Part shown: one piece after another, positions 49,200-61,500 of the stretch | How positions within the stretch are numbered: position 1 is the stretch's first letter | How the letters are laid out: each line of letters begins with the position of its first letter | Notes under the pieces: model-generated | The model's database searches: none | What the model saw: the letters and a program-made list of their open reading frames with translations, nothing else | What the model was told of the DNA's origin: nothing | Source: Acanthaster planci | Taxonomy: Eukaryota | Direction: 5' to 3' | Length of the DNA stretch: 64,000 bases | Assembly (NCBI RefSeq): GCF_001949145.1 | Contig: NW_019091355.1 | Span: forward strand, 57,720-121,719 | Position numbers and translations under genes: made by a program

Positions 49200-49694
49200 T
49201 CATTCTGATAAATCTGAGCTGCATGTAGTGGATATGTCATTGTTGCTTCCATCTCCAGTGGTGTCACTGTCATTGAGTTTGTTCTGCAGTTCATTAATGT
49301 AATGTAGTGCCATTTGGAGAGTGTCATACTTGGACAATTTTCGGTGGCCAGATGGAACTTTTTGACGGAGCAAATCGAATGCGTTATTGATGTTATCCAT
49401 TCGCCTTCTCTCACGCGCATTTGCAGCCAAACGACGTGCGGGACGGTGCTTAGTTACCCAAAGCTGATGTTGAGATGTCATTGAACTTCGTGGTGCAATA
49501 CTCCATCGTGTCATGCTCCTTATTTGCTTTCGAGGTTCCTTACAGCCGGTAACGCCTTCGACAGGACAAGTTCCAAAGTGTCGGCAGGAGGCATTTTCCT
49601 GTTTGTTGAGGCCCTGACATTCACTGGCACTGTGAACACAACTTGTTACTGGCAAGACAAGATAGCTGAGTGTGGTTGTAGCGTTTGCCGCCAT
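49200..49694 (-). CDS. ATOH1-like: Atonal-family proneural bHLH transcription factor, single exon, 164 aa
   Basis: Basic region [13 protein letters not shown] and helix 2 [15 protein letters not shown] are atonal-class signatures. The ATG at 49694 is in a good context (caaaATGG); the ORF-track start at 49757 is a GTG only about 10 nt from the TATA box. Confidence 0.9.
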   Translation of the reverse strand: MAANATTTLSYLVLPVTSCVHSASECQGLNKQENASCRHFGTCPVEGVTGCKEPRKQIRSMTRWSIAPRSSMTSQHQLWVTKHRPARRLAANARERRRMDNINNAFDLLRQKVPSGHRKLSKYDTLQMALHYINELQNKLNDSDTTGDGSNNDISTTCSSDLSE

Positions 49695-49759
49695 TTTGAA
49701 TAGATAGCGTTTCAGAAGAGCGCAACAGGTTGCATGAGATTTGACGGTCTCTTTCACGC

Positions 49760-49805
49760 TTTTTATAAGAATTTAGAATCACCGAAATAATACAGTGAAC
49801 CAATC
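49760..49805 (-). promoter_or_regulatory. Core promoter of the atonal-like gene (TATA box and CCAAT box)
   Basis: TATAAAAA on the minus strand at 49767-49760, about 70 nt before the ATG; accaatca at 49799-49806. Confidence 0.65.
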
Positions 49806-51870
49806 AGAGGTGAGTATTTCACAGCACGGACTTCTGCTGAGGCTAATGCGACAACAGTAGTATTATTGGACAGAGACAAAGTACTTCATATGAGCCACGC
49901 TGCAGCATCTAAACAGCTCATTGAAATAGTTATTGTCGTGCACTGAGGCAGGTGTGGTTTACAGACTCAAGTGCTTTCATTTCCAACTTATCTATAGATG
50001 AAATGGTCATATGCCTTAAGAATTTATTGGTTTGCCTGCTAGTGTCTCTTCCACACAAGTCATCTTTGCTATCACGACTCCGACATTATCTACGTTCACC
50101 CACCCATCCGAAGCACTTTAAATTTATTCACAAATTCATTTATTATTGATACCAAAGTCCTCCATCGCACTGTGGAAGTAATTAGACATTTTATGTTTTG
50201 GTTTTCCAAGGTGACTGGAGATTTCTAGCAGATTTTAATATTAATGTCTAGTCCATTACGGAATATCTGACTGAGCTCGTCCAAGCGTGGCGAGTGATTC
50301 GTGTATGAGGTGTATATATACACGTCTGTGCATTCGCTTTTTCCATTATGTCGCCTGTCGGTCGGTATTAAAAAATGATGGATAACTTGTCCAATCAGCT
50401 TCAATCCAACCGACTCAGTTCTTTTCAATAACTGCTAAAGACCAATAAGTGTAACAGCACACGTGTGTTCATCTTTCTTTCTTTTTCAGTTGCTTTTATT
50501 TATGTTCTGCATCCTGTTCAGCAATTCAAAGCATTCAATATGAAAACTAAAACTCCGGTTCCAAATCACTGAGAACCTCTCTTTATATAGTGCTATCTCT
50601 ATAACGGGAAGATATGACTGAACTGTCACACTAGGTTTATATGTGGTTTTTGGTGCACAACCACGGTTATTCCTGATCTAACCTATAACGTTCTATCTCT
50701 CTCTTCTCGTATTAAAACCAAATCAAAACTAAGTAACGCACCATTAACCGTTTTTACACTTAACAGTTGAAATGCCTGCTCTTCAATATCCTCTTTCTAT
50801 GGGATCATTGACTTCGTCTTCATACAAGCACGTCCTACGTGAACTAGTACAGTACACGCAGGCAGTTTCCTTCGATGCCTTAACACGACAAATTCACAGA
50901 GCGCCATCTATAGTATCCTATCCACATTGTGCAAAACTGAAATAATTATAACATGGCTTGCGGATCGAAAGTGGGAAAAACAGGTCGATCGCTTTGGGAA
51001 TTAGCGACAGTTTACCATGCTTGACTGAGCTGGCTGTGCATGGATCCTCACACATACGCCAGTACACAGCAAAATATGGTGAGTGCATAAATGAGATCGG
51101 ATCTTGAGCATAAAAATGTATGGATGGCAATTTTACATACACTGTCAATAATATTCAAATTTTATCATCAATGTTAACAGTATATGGATATCGACTAGAG
51201 TGCAAAATATATCTTTGAGGAAATGTGTCTTTCGGAAAGCCAACCGTAAAAACATGTGCCGGAAAACTTGAGGAATGTCGCATTCATGCACACTTGCGAT
51301 ATGGATAGAACTTTCACTCTTTCTAACGCCCATTATATACTGCAGGACCTGTCCTCTTGAAGGTCCGATCCTCGGGGCAAAGGTCTTATTACCCACCCTA
51401 TCAAATATCATTGGGATGTACAACCTGTAGAGCGCCTGACAAGAACTGTGTGTCTAAAAACTAATAAACGACACAAAGTTTGAAAAGTTGACAATGAGCC
51501 TATAATACCGCTTATTCTACGCCAAATCGATATTGTTTTGCAGAATGGCTGAGGCAATGTTATTGATATATTCTAACCTCGTGAAATTTATCCGAGTAGC
51601 CTAACCATGGGGCGAATTATCTGGGGCCGTATAAAATGTGTTTAAGATTTATTGATCGATAGAAAGTTTCCTGGATTTAAATGTACAATTTAATTAACAC
51701 AAATGAAATGATGTTCTTCTCAAGATAACTGGATCAAGTTTCAAAACAGCATCTGTCTAAATTATGCATCGGTTTAATAACACGAGAATAAAAACCTTCG
51801 TTGGCAGTTTTTGCGCTAAAAAATATAAATTGAAGTGTGGCAGAAAGTGTACTGTTATCGGTAATTGCAT

Positions 51871-52018
51871 CACTGCAAAAACTGGAACACCCCAGGTGTT
51901 ATCAGAGGACTACACCAACACTTTTTACTGGTGTTGGTGTTATTTGGTGTTACTTTTAACATCCTCGAGTGCACTGTAACACTTTTAAATGTGCAAAGTA
52001 ACCACAGTTTTTGCAGTA
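51871..52018. mobile_element. Short MITE with CACTG-type termini
   Basis: cactgcaaaaactg ... cagtttttgcagt with internal aacacc / ggtgtt repeats. Confidence 0.5.
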
Positions 52019-54984
52019 ACTCTGGGGCAAACCTAACCTTTTGAAAACGCAGACATTTAGAAAACCTTAATACTCTATACTTACAAGGTCATTTAACTGA
52101 GCTTTTTGAAGATTGATTAACCGTTGAAACATTTTTCCTGAATTTTTGTGGAATCCGTGACATCCATTCTCGGAGTGCACCGCTGAATGATAACAACAAA
52201 CAGTTAAAACAAAGTAGGCCTGCACTGTCTGTCGAGGTTGGCGACTAACGCACATACAGCTCAGTTATAGCTCAGCTCGCTACAAGAATCCCAGCATTCA
52301 GCACGATATATAATGATCCGCGATGAAACGAAGCGCGTTCGTTTAAGGGTTCAATTCTTCAGCAGGGGCAGGGCTAGCAATTTGCTGGAATTCTGCTTTT
52401 GCTGATTATTATTCGTATAAGGGATGAGATTGCGCGTACATATATTTGCTTCTGCATATTAGCTAAATAGATTATAGTACAAAACTAGTATACATGGGAA
52501 AAAATGTTACCCAAATTATTAAAGAAGCAGATGAACATTGCCTACATGGGGAGTCCTACGTGCTCAGAATTGAGTTTGGAAATTAATTTCAAGTGGCCAT
52601 GGTTTGTTTTCCTGATGACGTCACACTTTAATATTCTGGTCGTGATATGTGCATATTATGCCACACTGAAGATGTTATTACTTCACGAGTTTTTCTTGAT
52701 ATTAGTTTTCCTGCTACATTATGATCCCTAGACACAGTGACGTCACTCACAAACGAAATTCAGCGTTTAAACTCCATTTCTTTATTGAAAAGCCAGTGCT
52801 GTATAAACTCATTCAAATTTTCCACGATAGGGGATATTTACATAGGTAGACGGATCTAGATACTCTCTTTGAATGCTTGTTGATTATGTGACGGCAACTA
52901 CTCATGATTTATTTCCGGTAATCAGCCGGCCGAAGACTATGTGTGAGCTGCACCTGAAATACGAAGTTATTATTGGGCAATTAGAGATGTACCAATGTGG
53001 GTTAAAAGCGTGAGTCGCATATCTGTTATGGTCCAAAGCGCACCGTATGACAATGCCACGCGCCGCTCCTGATGCTTGCACGTGCATCCAGAGCAAGAAT
53101 GGTTTCACAAACGACACAATGAGTCAGCATCTCTGACGGTGAAACTGTCCTCCACAGACAAGTAGACGTTTTCATAGATTCAGTCGAGCGTGTCCCCCGC
53201 TCCACCAAAACGTTTACGCGAAGTTATGTTGTCCAAGACATACAACCCTCTTAAAACTCTACAGACTTTACATTTTGCTGTTATTAGCTAGGAGGTCGAA
53301 GCTGCCGCTGTATAAGGATGCTTTCCCCTCATGACTTTCTATAACTTAGCCAATGATTCCGTAATGACGCCTGTAGGATGGAAAGATCTGTTAAAAACAA
53401 TCTGGAGATGTGTTGATTAAATAATGTGTTGGGTAAAGGTTAGTCGATTTCGAAATAATATAAAATAATATAATATAATATAATATAATGGCAAAAACAT
53501 TTCCATCATTTAGTTCGCATTGACCGATATCATATATGTGCATTTTACCTTTTTTGAACACACGACTCTTGTAAGCGCTGAAGTTAAATATTATCTTGAA
53601 AGTCGTGTGTGACGTCGACCAACGCTTGATTAATTAGTGCAGCCTCTGATAGTGAGAATTAGCCCAACCAGGAAATGAAGTCTTCACACGTGGTAATCCC
53701 AGAAAACCTCATGCAGTCAACTTCGCATCAGTACTGTCAAATAACTCAAGGGAGAGCTGTTTTTCCCTTTGATTTAAATAAATGGAAGGCTTGAGAAGCC
53801 ACAATAGGGGCAATGGGCGATCGAACACTACATTGAAGTACACGAGACCTATACAGTCAATTCGCCAGGACCGCCGACTGAATTGAAGTAGGGGAACCCG
53901 TGCATTAAATGACTCGCGTGCCAGACTATTGACTTATGCCTTCTCTGCTGCGACAAACTGTCTGCCTCTATACACTCAAAAAATACACATCAGCGTGCGC
54001 CTTTTATTCCATATCACCTCAAATAAACAAAACAACAGCTCGCACTCGAAGATCGCCAAGAATAAAATATTCCTTGCTGCTTTTACCGCAACCAATAAAT
54101 TATGGAATCTGTCCGATTCTCGGCAATAACGGCGAATGACAATTGAACAGCAGGGTAATGCACCAATGGTTTTGCAATGGGCGTTGGCACACGTGCGTCA
54201 TTTGGAAAGCAGTGTAGCGTGTTCCGGGAGCGATGGGCGGTCATTACGGCGCGCAAGCCCCGTAGCTGAGTCAGTGCACACCTGCATGGCTCCACTCACT
54301 TCTCTTTGAGATGTATTTCACAGTGTGTGACCTCCCAAAAAGGAGGAATTAAGAGATAAACCCAGAAATCAGATGGCTTAATACCATCATCATCACCATG
54401 ATAATGAGTATGCATTTCTCGTAAACTTTCCGGTATTTTGTTTCTCATTATTCGTGTCTGCTTCGCAAGGACCTTGGTCGCTACCGATTAACTGACGAGA
54501 ACCATTGGAGACAATCACATCGGCACCCATCAGTGACCATCTACAAACCATTACTTAAGTTAAATGGTGCATTTGACTCTTTCTAGCTAGAGTTTCAACT
54601 ACGAAATGTAACGATATACGAAATTATATCATGACCCCTGCCACCGACCGTTTGCGTTCGATAAGATGAATCTTGATGAACATGCATGCAGTTGCAACAC
54701 TGATAAAGAAAACTGGTTACGGTAGCTGTGGTCGAGGAAAGTTGTAAAAAATACTAAGGAACAGATGAGAGGAGACACTAACAACCGAGCTCGGTTACTT
54801 CGGAGACTCTTTTTTTTTACCCCAAGAACTCATTCACACTTCTAGTTTAATAAACAATAAATAAGTTACAGCATGACATCGGGCTGGCTGCACATTGCAT
54901 GTGGCAGTGCCTGGGTTCGGGTAGAAGGCTAAGTTCTTTCGAATAAAAATAATGGAAATTTGAGAACATTTATGTACATCATCC

Positions 54985-55275
54985 CTACTGTCGGCCCGTT
55001 CCCCTTTCAACAGTACGTGGCCCGCCTCTGTACTGTCTGCTCGCTTCTCTTTCTGCACGGTGACCCACCGCCGTCTACTATCAGTTTGCTCCTCCTTCTA
55101 CAAGGTAGCCCACCTCCGTCCACTGTTGGCCCGCTCCTCCTTGGAGGCCTACCTCCGTCTACTGTCGGTCTACTCCTCCTTATGGCACAGCTCACCTATT
55201 TCGGCCCGTTCCCCCTTCTACACGTGGTGGCCCACCTCTGTCTATACTGTAGGCCTGCTCCTCCTTCTCAGCCGG
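54985..55275. repeat. Degenerate GC-rich minisatellite (units about 30-45 nt)
   Basis: Recurring ctactgtcggcccg(t/c)tc(c)cctt and cccacctccgt units. Confidence 0.7.
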
Positions 55276-55741
55276 TCCCAATCTCTTCCCACCCGTTCCT
55301 TCGTCTGCACAATCTTCATCGGCCACGGCTACCGTAGCATATCGGGTTGTTTTTGTCAGCGTTAACTCGGAGCGGCGGGATAATGTGTCTACAGGGGAGG
55401 CCATGAATACTTCTGGGTTGTTTATGGGCAAATACCTGTTACATTGAGTTTGTCGGTTTGTCAATTTTCATTCTTACACAGTTAATACAAGTGCGACCAC
55501 AAGGGCGGGGGGGGGATTTTACGACCCTGTCAAACCAGGCGTCCAGCAAACGTTCAATACACAATTTTACAAAACTATTAAACCAAGCAACGAAAGTTTA
55601 TTTCCACTGTCATTTAGCTAACACAAATCAAAAAGTGGGAAATCAACATGGGATACAAAAATGTACTTGCCAACTTACTGCAGCAAAAAAAATTGTTGTG
55701 GATGACGACCCTGCTGGTTTTCATAGAACTGAGGCATCTGA

Positions 55742-55920
55742 ATGACTGACCGACCGACCAACAGACTGACGACCATGTGCCCCGATAGACTATAGACCGA
55801 CGGGCTGACCGACTGAGCGCTTAAACGGTGCAGCTTAGTTTTTACAAACGACGGACGATTATGCCCGACCCATTATGTCCACCGAACGACAGTGTCCGAC
55901 CCATTATGTCCGACAGCCGA
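55742..55920. repeat. Low-complexity gaccga / ccgacccattatgt repeats
   Basis: (gact/gacc)n followed by two copies of ccgacccattatgtcc. Confidence 0.5.
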
Positions 55921-58369
55921 TTGGTAATTATTAAACCTTGCCAGTCTTTTCAAATAGAAATAGGGCCTATACATGACTGTTACTAATTTGACCGTGACTA
56001 AATCCCGTGATGTCTAAACTGACTCACTGGTCCGGAATTTCACAGTTATGCAAACGTCCGTTTAAATCAAGCATGCAGCGAGTAATTTCAAGTGATTGTC
56101 GGAAATTAAAATGTTATGATCGGCGGCAATGTGCAATTACTGTTAATGACTACATTGTGGTGTCAAATTATTGTGACGGAGACTAGTCAAGATGTGAGAT
56201 TTAAATTTGTCTGACACAATGGTGAAATGCATGCGAATTGTACTGCTTTTAAGATGATAGCCGTTAAATAATGGATGGGTGGGGAAAACATCTACAGCGC
56301 TACACCCTTGAGACACCATACAAGGTTCCATGGTCCAAAGTCAACAACGCTAGAGATGTCACATAAATGGCGTATAGACAAATTATTGAAACCAGCAAAA
56401 CATTCCATGAATATTTTTTTTTCTGCGAGAAAAGTCATAAAAGCTGAGATGATCTATTAGTGTACAGGTATGCCTTTTCATTTTTATATTTTTAGAACAA
56501 AATTTATTGCTTTTTGAGCGATCCAGCGAAACGAAATTTTCTGCACACACACACGGTGACCGGTCTCAGCTCACGCTAATCCGCCAGCACGATGCGGACC
56601 AGCCGGTTGTTGTTCCTTCCCGAACTAGAATGAAGTTTCCTTTAACTTCCAAGAAAGAACTTCGAGGGCTAAAGGGAATGTTCGCCCGGCATAGCTACAT
56701 AGCGGTTTCTGTTATCTCGCCAGTGTAGTGATGAATATAGGCGCAGTTTCATTATCCCATTTTATCACAACACATGAGAATGATCTTAAGACGATGCATG
56801 AGGGGACATGGTTCTTTCATAAATGATTACAAGGCATCAATAATCTTCCCGCATCATTTGCCATAAACTTTTTGTGCTGGTATGTGAAAAGTGAAACGCC
56901 GGTGAAGAAACGCAAAAGTAAGCAAAGCAAATATACCGTAACTACATGAATAAATATTCCAAATCCCCCTCCCCCAGTGTTATGTGACTTCATTTGGTTT
57001 TATCTTATACCTTTACTCATTATTATTGGATGCTGACAACTGAATTAATATTTACCAACAGTCAGGGTTTTGGCAATACACAACTCGAGCCAATAGGAAC
57101 ATAATTATTCCTATTGTGGTTAACTTTAAATTAGTCAGGAAGACTTCCATCTAAAAGCAATTCATCCTATTGACAAGAAAAAGCATATCCACTGATTGAA
57201 AAGAAAGAAATCGGCGCGATGTAAAGACAGAAATGTGTATACAACGCCACGAGCACACGTCTAATCGTCCGTGGCGACCGCCACAACACAGCCGGCGTAT
57301 GGGGCTCAGACGGTGCGAAGTGTGCCGAAACTTTCCCGCCTAATCAGAATACACGTGCTACGCCCCAAAGGAGGTTCTCCCCACTTTACGTTATTGATTA
57401 TCCTCCATAACCTTCCTTACGATCTCGCTATCAATGATATTGCAGTATCTCTGCCAGTGTCCATGCAACGGCTTGCGGGGCGTAACATTAATTTCTGTAG
57501 CTGTTGTTCTGCAAAACCGAGTGTAATTAGTTCAAGCTATTGTAATTACTTATATCGCGTGGACTTTGATCAAGTAGTCTTTGTAGATGGGGCGCTTGTC
57601 TGAATAGACGAATCCGGTTCGTGCAAATAGAACCCACTTCATGCGCTAAATTTCTTGGTTGCTACCAAATACTTGACACCTCGACCTGTCCAAACGCCCC
57701 CAAGGTCTGATTTAAAATCTCATTGTGATTTTGACATGGCGTTGTGTAGTGCTCTTGGCATTTAATCATCGTTGAAGTTAATAACTTTCTAAAAGACCAT
57801 CTTAAGTTTCCAAAGTTTTTCTGGCTTACCTGGTGTAATTGGATATACTTGATTGCGCAGTTAACACATATACAGAAAAAGTGAACAAAATATTATAGTG
57901 CCAATGAGTAAAAGGACTATAACAATACACGTTCACCATTCTTGCAAATAGATTCTAACTCTTGGCAAACAGCGAGGGGTGCCTTCGAAAAAAAACCTCG
58001 ATTCCGTAAGCTACAAGCCTAGCCAGTATATATCCCGACTCACTTGAAAGGTAATCGTTCTGCACACCAGATACAAGTTACAAGTTTGGAGGAGCGTTAC
58101 ATCATAATAATTTTAGGCGATGAATGTAGGCCTTCCTCATTTTATGCACTGTCTGACAGTACTTTCGTCTCTACTACCTTCACACAATGAGGACGTCAGC
58201 ACATTGCATGAATCTTTTTATGACAGTTTTTCTGCGTATTTAAGAGCTCTATGTTCATTTACCTTTGGCATTTGTTCAAGAAGGGTTTTACTCAGTCTTC
58301 ATTTGGGTGGCTGTATGCTCTGTAAAGGCAATGCACATAGTGTCCGTGGAGTGATGCTCTTTTCAGAGT

Positions 58370-58523
58370 CTATACTTACCAGGGTTTCGTAGGATTTTAC
58401 AACCTGGAACTCATGCTGTGTTCAGAGTTGTTGGAAACAGCTGGGAGCCTATACTTACCAGGGTTTCGTAGGATTTTACAACCTGGAACTCAGGCTGTGT
58501 TCAGAGTTGTTGGATACAGCTGG
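58370..58523. repeat. Recent 79 bp tandem duplication
   Basis: ctatacttaccagggtttcgtagg...cagctgg occurs at 58370 and 58449 with two substitutions. Confidence 0.9.
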
Positions 58524-61500
58524 AAATACAGTAAGCTATGTGTCTTTGGGTATTTGGAAATGCTTACAGGTCCATGCAAGTTGGGCTATTCATTTCGCTT
58601 AACTGAGCAAGCAAACTTTCAGATCTTATAATCTGAGTGCAGCTCTGATTATACACAAAGAAACGGAGTGCTATTTTTTAAGTCCACTTCACATTAAGTA
58701 ATAAATACCGTTATCGAATGCCTCGTATAGGTGTACCAATAATTTCTGATTAAAATGTTTTCTACAGTGAGGTCATACTCATAACTGACAATTTTTTTAT
58801 CATAAGCAATTTAAATTCTTCAGGTTTACAAAATATGAAAGTGAGTTTACTAAATAGCACACGTGCTCCATAGGGTTTTCTAGAATTGAAAGTTCTAAAA
58901 ATCCTAAAACATCCGACCGTCAAATCTCCATGTATGCTGAATATGATTCAACACTACCTGGAAACCATTTAGTGTCTTCTCTCCCGAGTTTGACAGATAT
59001 TTACAAGTTGTGTTTTCCCACGTCCGAGCGAAGTTTGGTATCAACAAACGGTATAATGGCACACGTGCGGAGAAAGACGCACAGACTACACGTCCATATT
59101 CGGCAGACCCCTAAAGCTCTCGACTACATTTTCAGAAGAAAAATGGGGGTTGAAAAATTACATTCAGCCTGTTGAAAATAAACTCCAGCTGTATGCAAAT
59201 GATGAGACCATCTTTATCCCGTCGGGAGATGGCGAGAAGAAGCAAGGCTATAGACGATGTGATTTGGTTCAGATTACGGAGTTGATGCACGGACGTATGG
59301 TGGGAATGGGGTTGGATAGACGACCAAGCAACCCACGCTCCTGGTATTCGACGATGGCTTTCAACCCGGATCTGCCACATATATACACACTACCATAAAA
59401 AGACAATCAGTACCAAGAGCATGCAAAGTTCCCAGGACCTGCTAGGCACGCTCACGTGTACGACATCATTTTAAAAGCATTCCAATTAGACGGCAATCGG
59501 AGAGCAATAATTTGGGGTTTGAAAGAGAAGAAAAATGAACATAACAAGGAACGTAATCACAATATGTTCTCATCGTTTAGGTCGCACAGTTCCATAATCG
59601 AATATAAGGCACGCCATAATAAGCTTACTTCTGTTGTATCCGATAAACATACAAAATCACACCACATTAACAATAACGCTAACGGTAATGTTGCCTGTGT
59701 CACATCTTCCGACACATAGGGCTCTGATGAAATTCATGTCGTTTGCAAATGCACTCAGCTCTACTTACAAAGAGAAGATTCTCAAATTTGGTAAGCCAAA
59801 GTACGATCAGTTGTAGAAAGAGATTCAGAAACAGTTGTTATAATATTTTGACATAATTCAGCTTGGCATTCAGTTACGCTCCACATGTCACTTTTAATAT
59901 TTTTTTCTTGATAGATCCGACCTGAGGCTCTCTTCTATTCAGTAAAACTGAAAATAATAATCAGACTTTGATTCATCAGATATGATTCAAAATGCCATAT
60001 TTCCCTTCAGCAGTTCTTGACATGATATGTACCTTGCGCAAGGCGGCAAAACGCACCGTTGTAAATCCAAAGTAACATAATTAAACTCGTGGACTAGTTA
60101 CTGACCCCAGTGAATCGCACACTTCATAATCCCAGTCCCGATTTTCGATTTTTAAAAATGGGTTTCCCCGAATGAGAGCTTTTGAAATTCGGAGATTGAA
60201 TGATTAGATTGAAATGACAAGCTATTAGATTCCATATGGATTTGACCGCCGATTAACGCTTAGGCCTATACCCCAAGGGAGAGTTGTCCTCACCGTTTGA
60301 TGGGTCGATGATCACCTAACAGAAGTACCAAGTATAATATCGACCACGACCGTCAAGTCAACTTAACGACCCGGATATTAGCTTCTCTGCCCGGGGGTGA
60401 CACGCTTCATGTCAATGTCTGTTTCTTGCATATGGAACATGTCGTCATAATAATGTTCCTCGCACTGAGTGACACCCGTGTCTATGCTTGTCGTAATGGT
60501 ATAACTGTCAACAATATAGAAGCATGCTGCAGAGTCGCAGAATTTAATGGTAAAGGAAAATAGGAGGCCGATGGAGATTTTTGTGAAGGGGCAAAACACG
60601 CACGTGTTTACGCAACCGCTTCTTTTGTATTACATGTAATTATCTTGGGGCTCTCTTCCGAGATGATTTCACACATTCGTGCATTTTTATAATCTTCCCA
60701 ATGAACAACTCAAAGTTTTTCCAAATTTGGAAGCTGGCATCCTGCAACATCAATGCAAGCATATTAACACTCCCCCTTTTTGCTGTTACCAACAAGCTAT
60801 GGATGGCCTTGAGTTTAAGAAAAAGAAAAAATATTATTTCACATAATAATGAATGAAATACTCTCACTTAAATACGAAAGGTGAAAATAAAGTTTGAGGA
60901 AACGCTGTTGCCTATTACTGTCCGAAAACATTGAGAGCCCATACAAAATGACAGATTAATATTTGTTCAATAATGAAAGACACTTTATAGTATAAATTCC
61001 ACGTTTATTTTTACATTAACTTCGAGACGGTAAAGCATGCTTTGTCAGCCAATCATTGAACGTTTATCGGGAACAAATGTCCTGGTCATATGAAAAAATA
61101 ATGTTTGTCAAAGACTGTCAGCTAAAAGAAATGATGCAGACATGCAGACAACCGCCACACAAGTTGGAATCACTTTCTGATTAACGTTTAAGTAAGCTTG
61201 AGTAGAGCAACACGTGCTCGAGACCAATTCTGCCAGGCCATCCATGCTCCAGTCCACGCGAGCATTTTTTGACAAAAAAATTGTAAACCCTGTTCATTTC
61301 TGTTTACTGCCTGGTTTCCTCTGGACGACCGATAGGTTTAGACAACCGAACTAAATCATATTCATGCATAATAGACGATAAAATCTCTTTGTTTGGAACA
61401 ACATCGCCCACTTCACTGTAAGCCATATATTAATATGCCGATGGAAATGCACCAGCCTACTACCAAGAGTAACGGACTGAATTCTGTAATTAAAAGTACA

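Noticed and set aside
54960..55464. Overlapping 60-125 aa ORFs
   Set aside because: By-products of a GC-rich minisatellite; repetitive translation and no domain.
58372..58384. ATACTTACC resembles the 5' end of U1 snRNA
   Set aside because: The similarity ends after 9 nt; no U1 stem-loops or Sm site follow.
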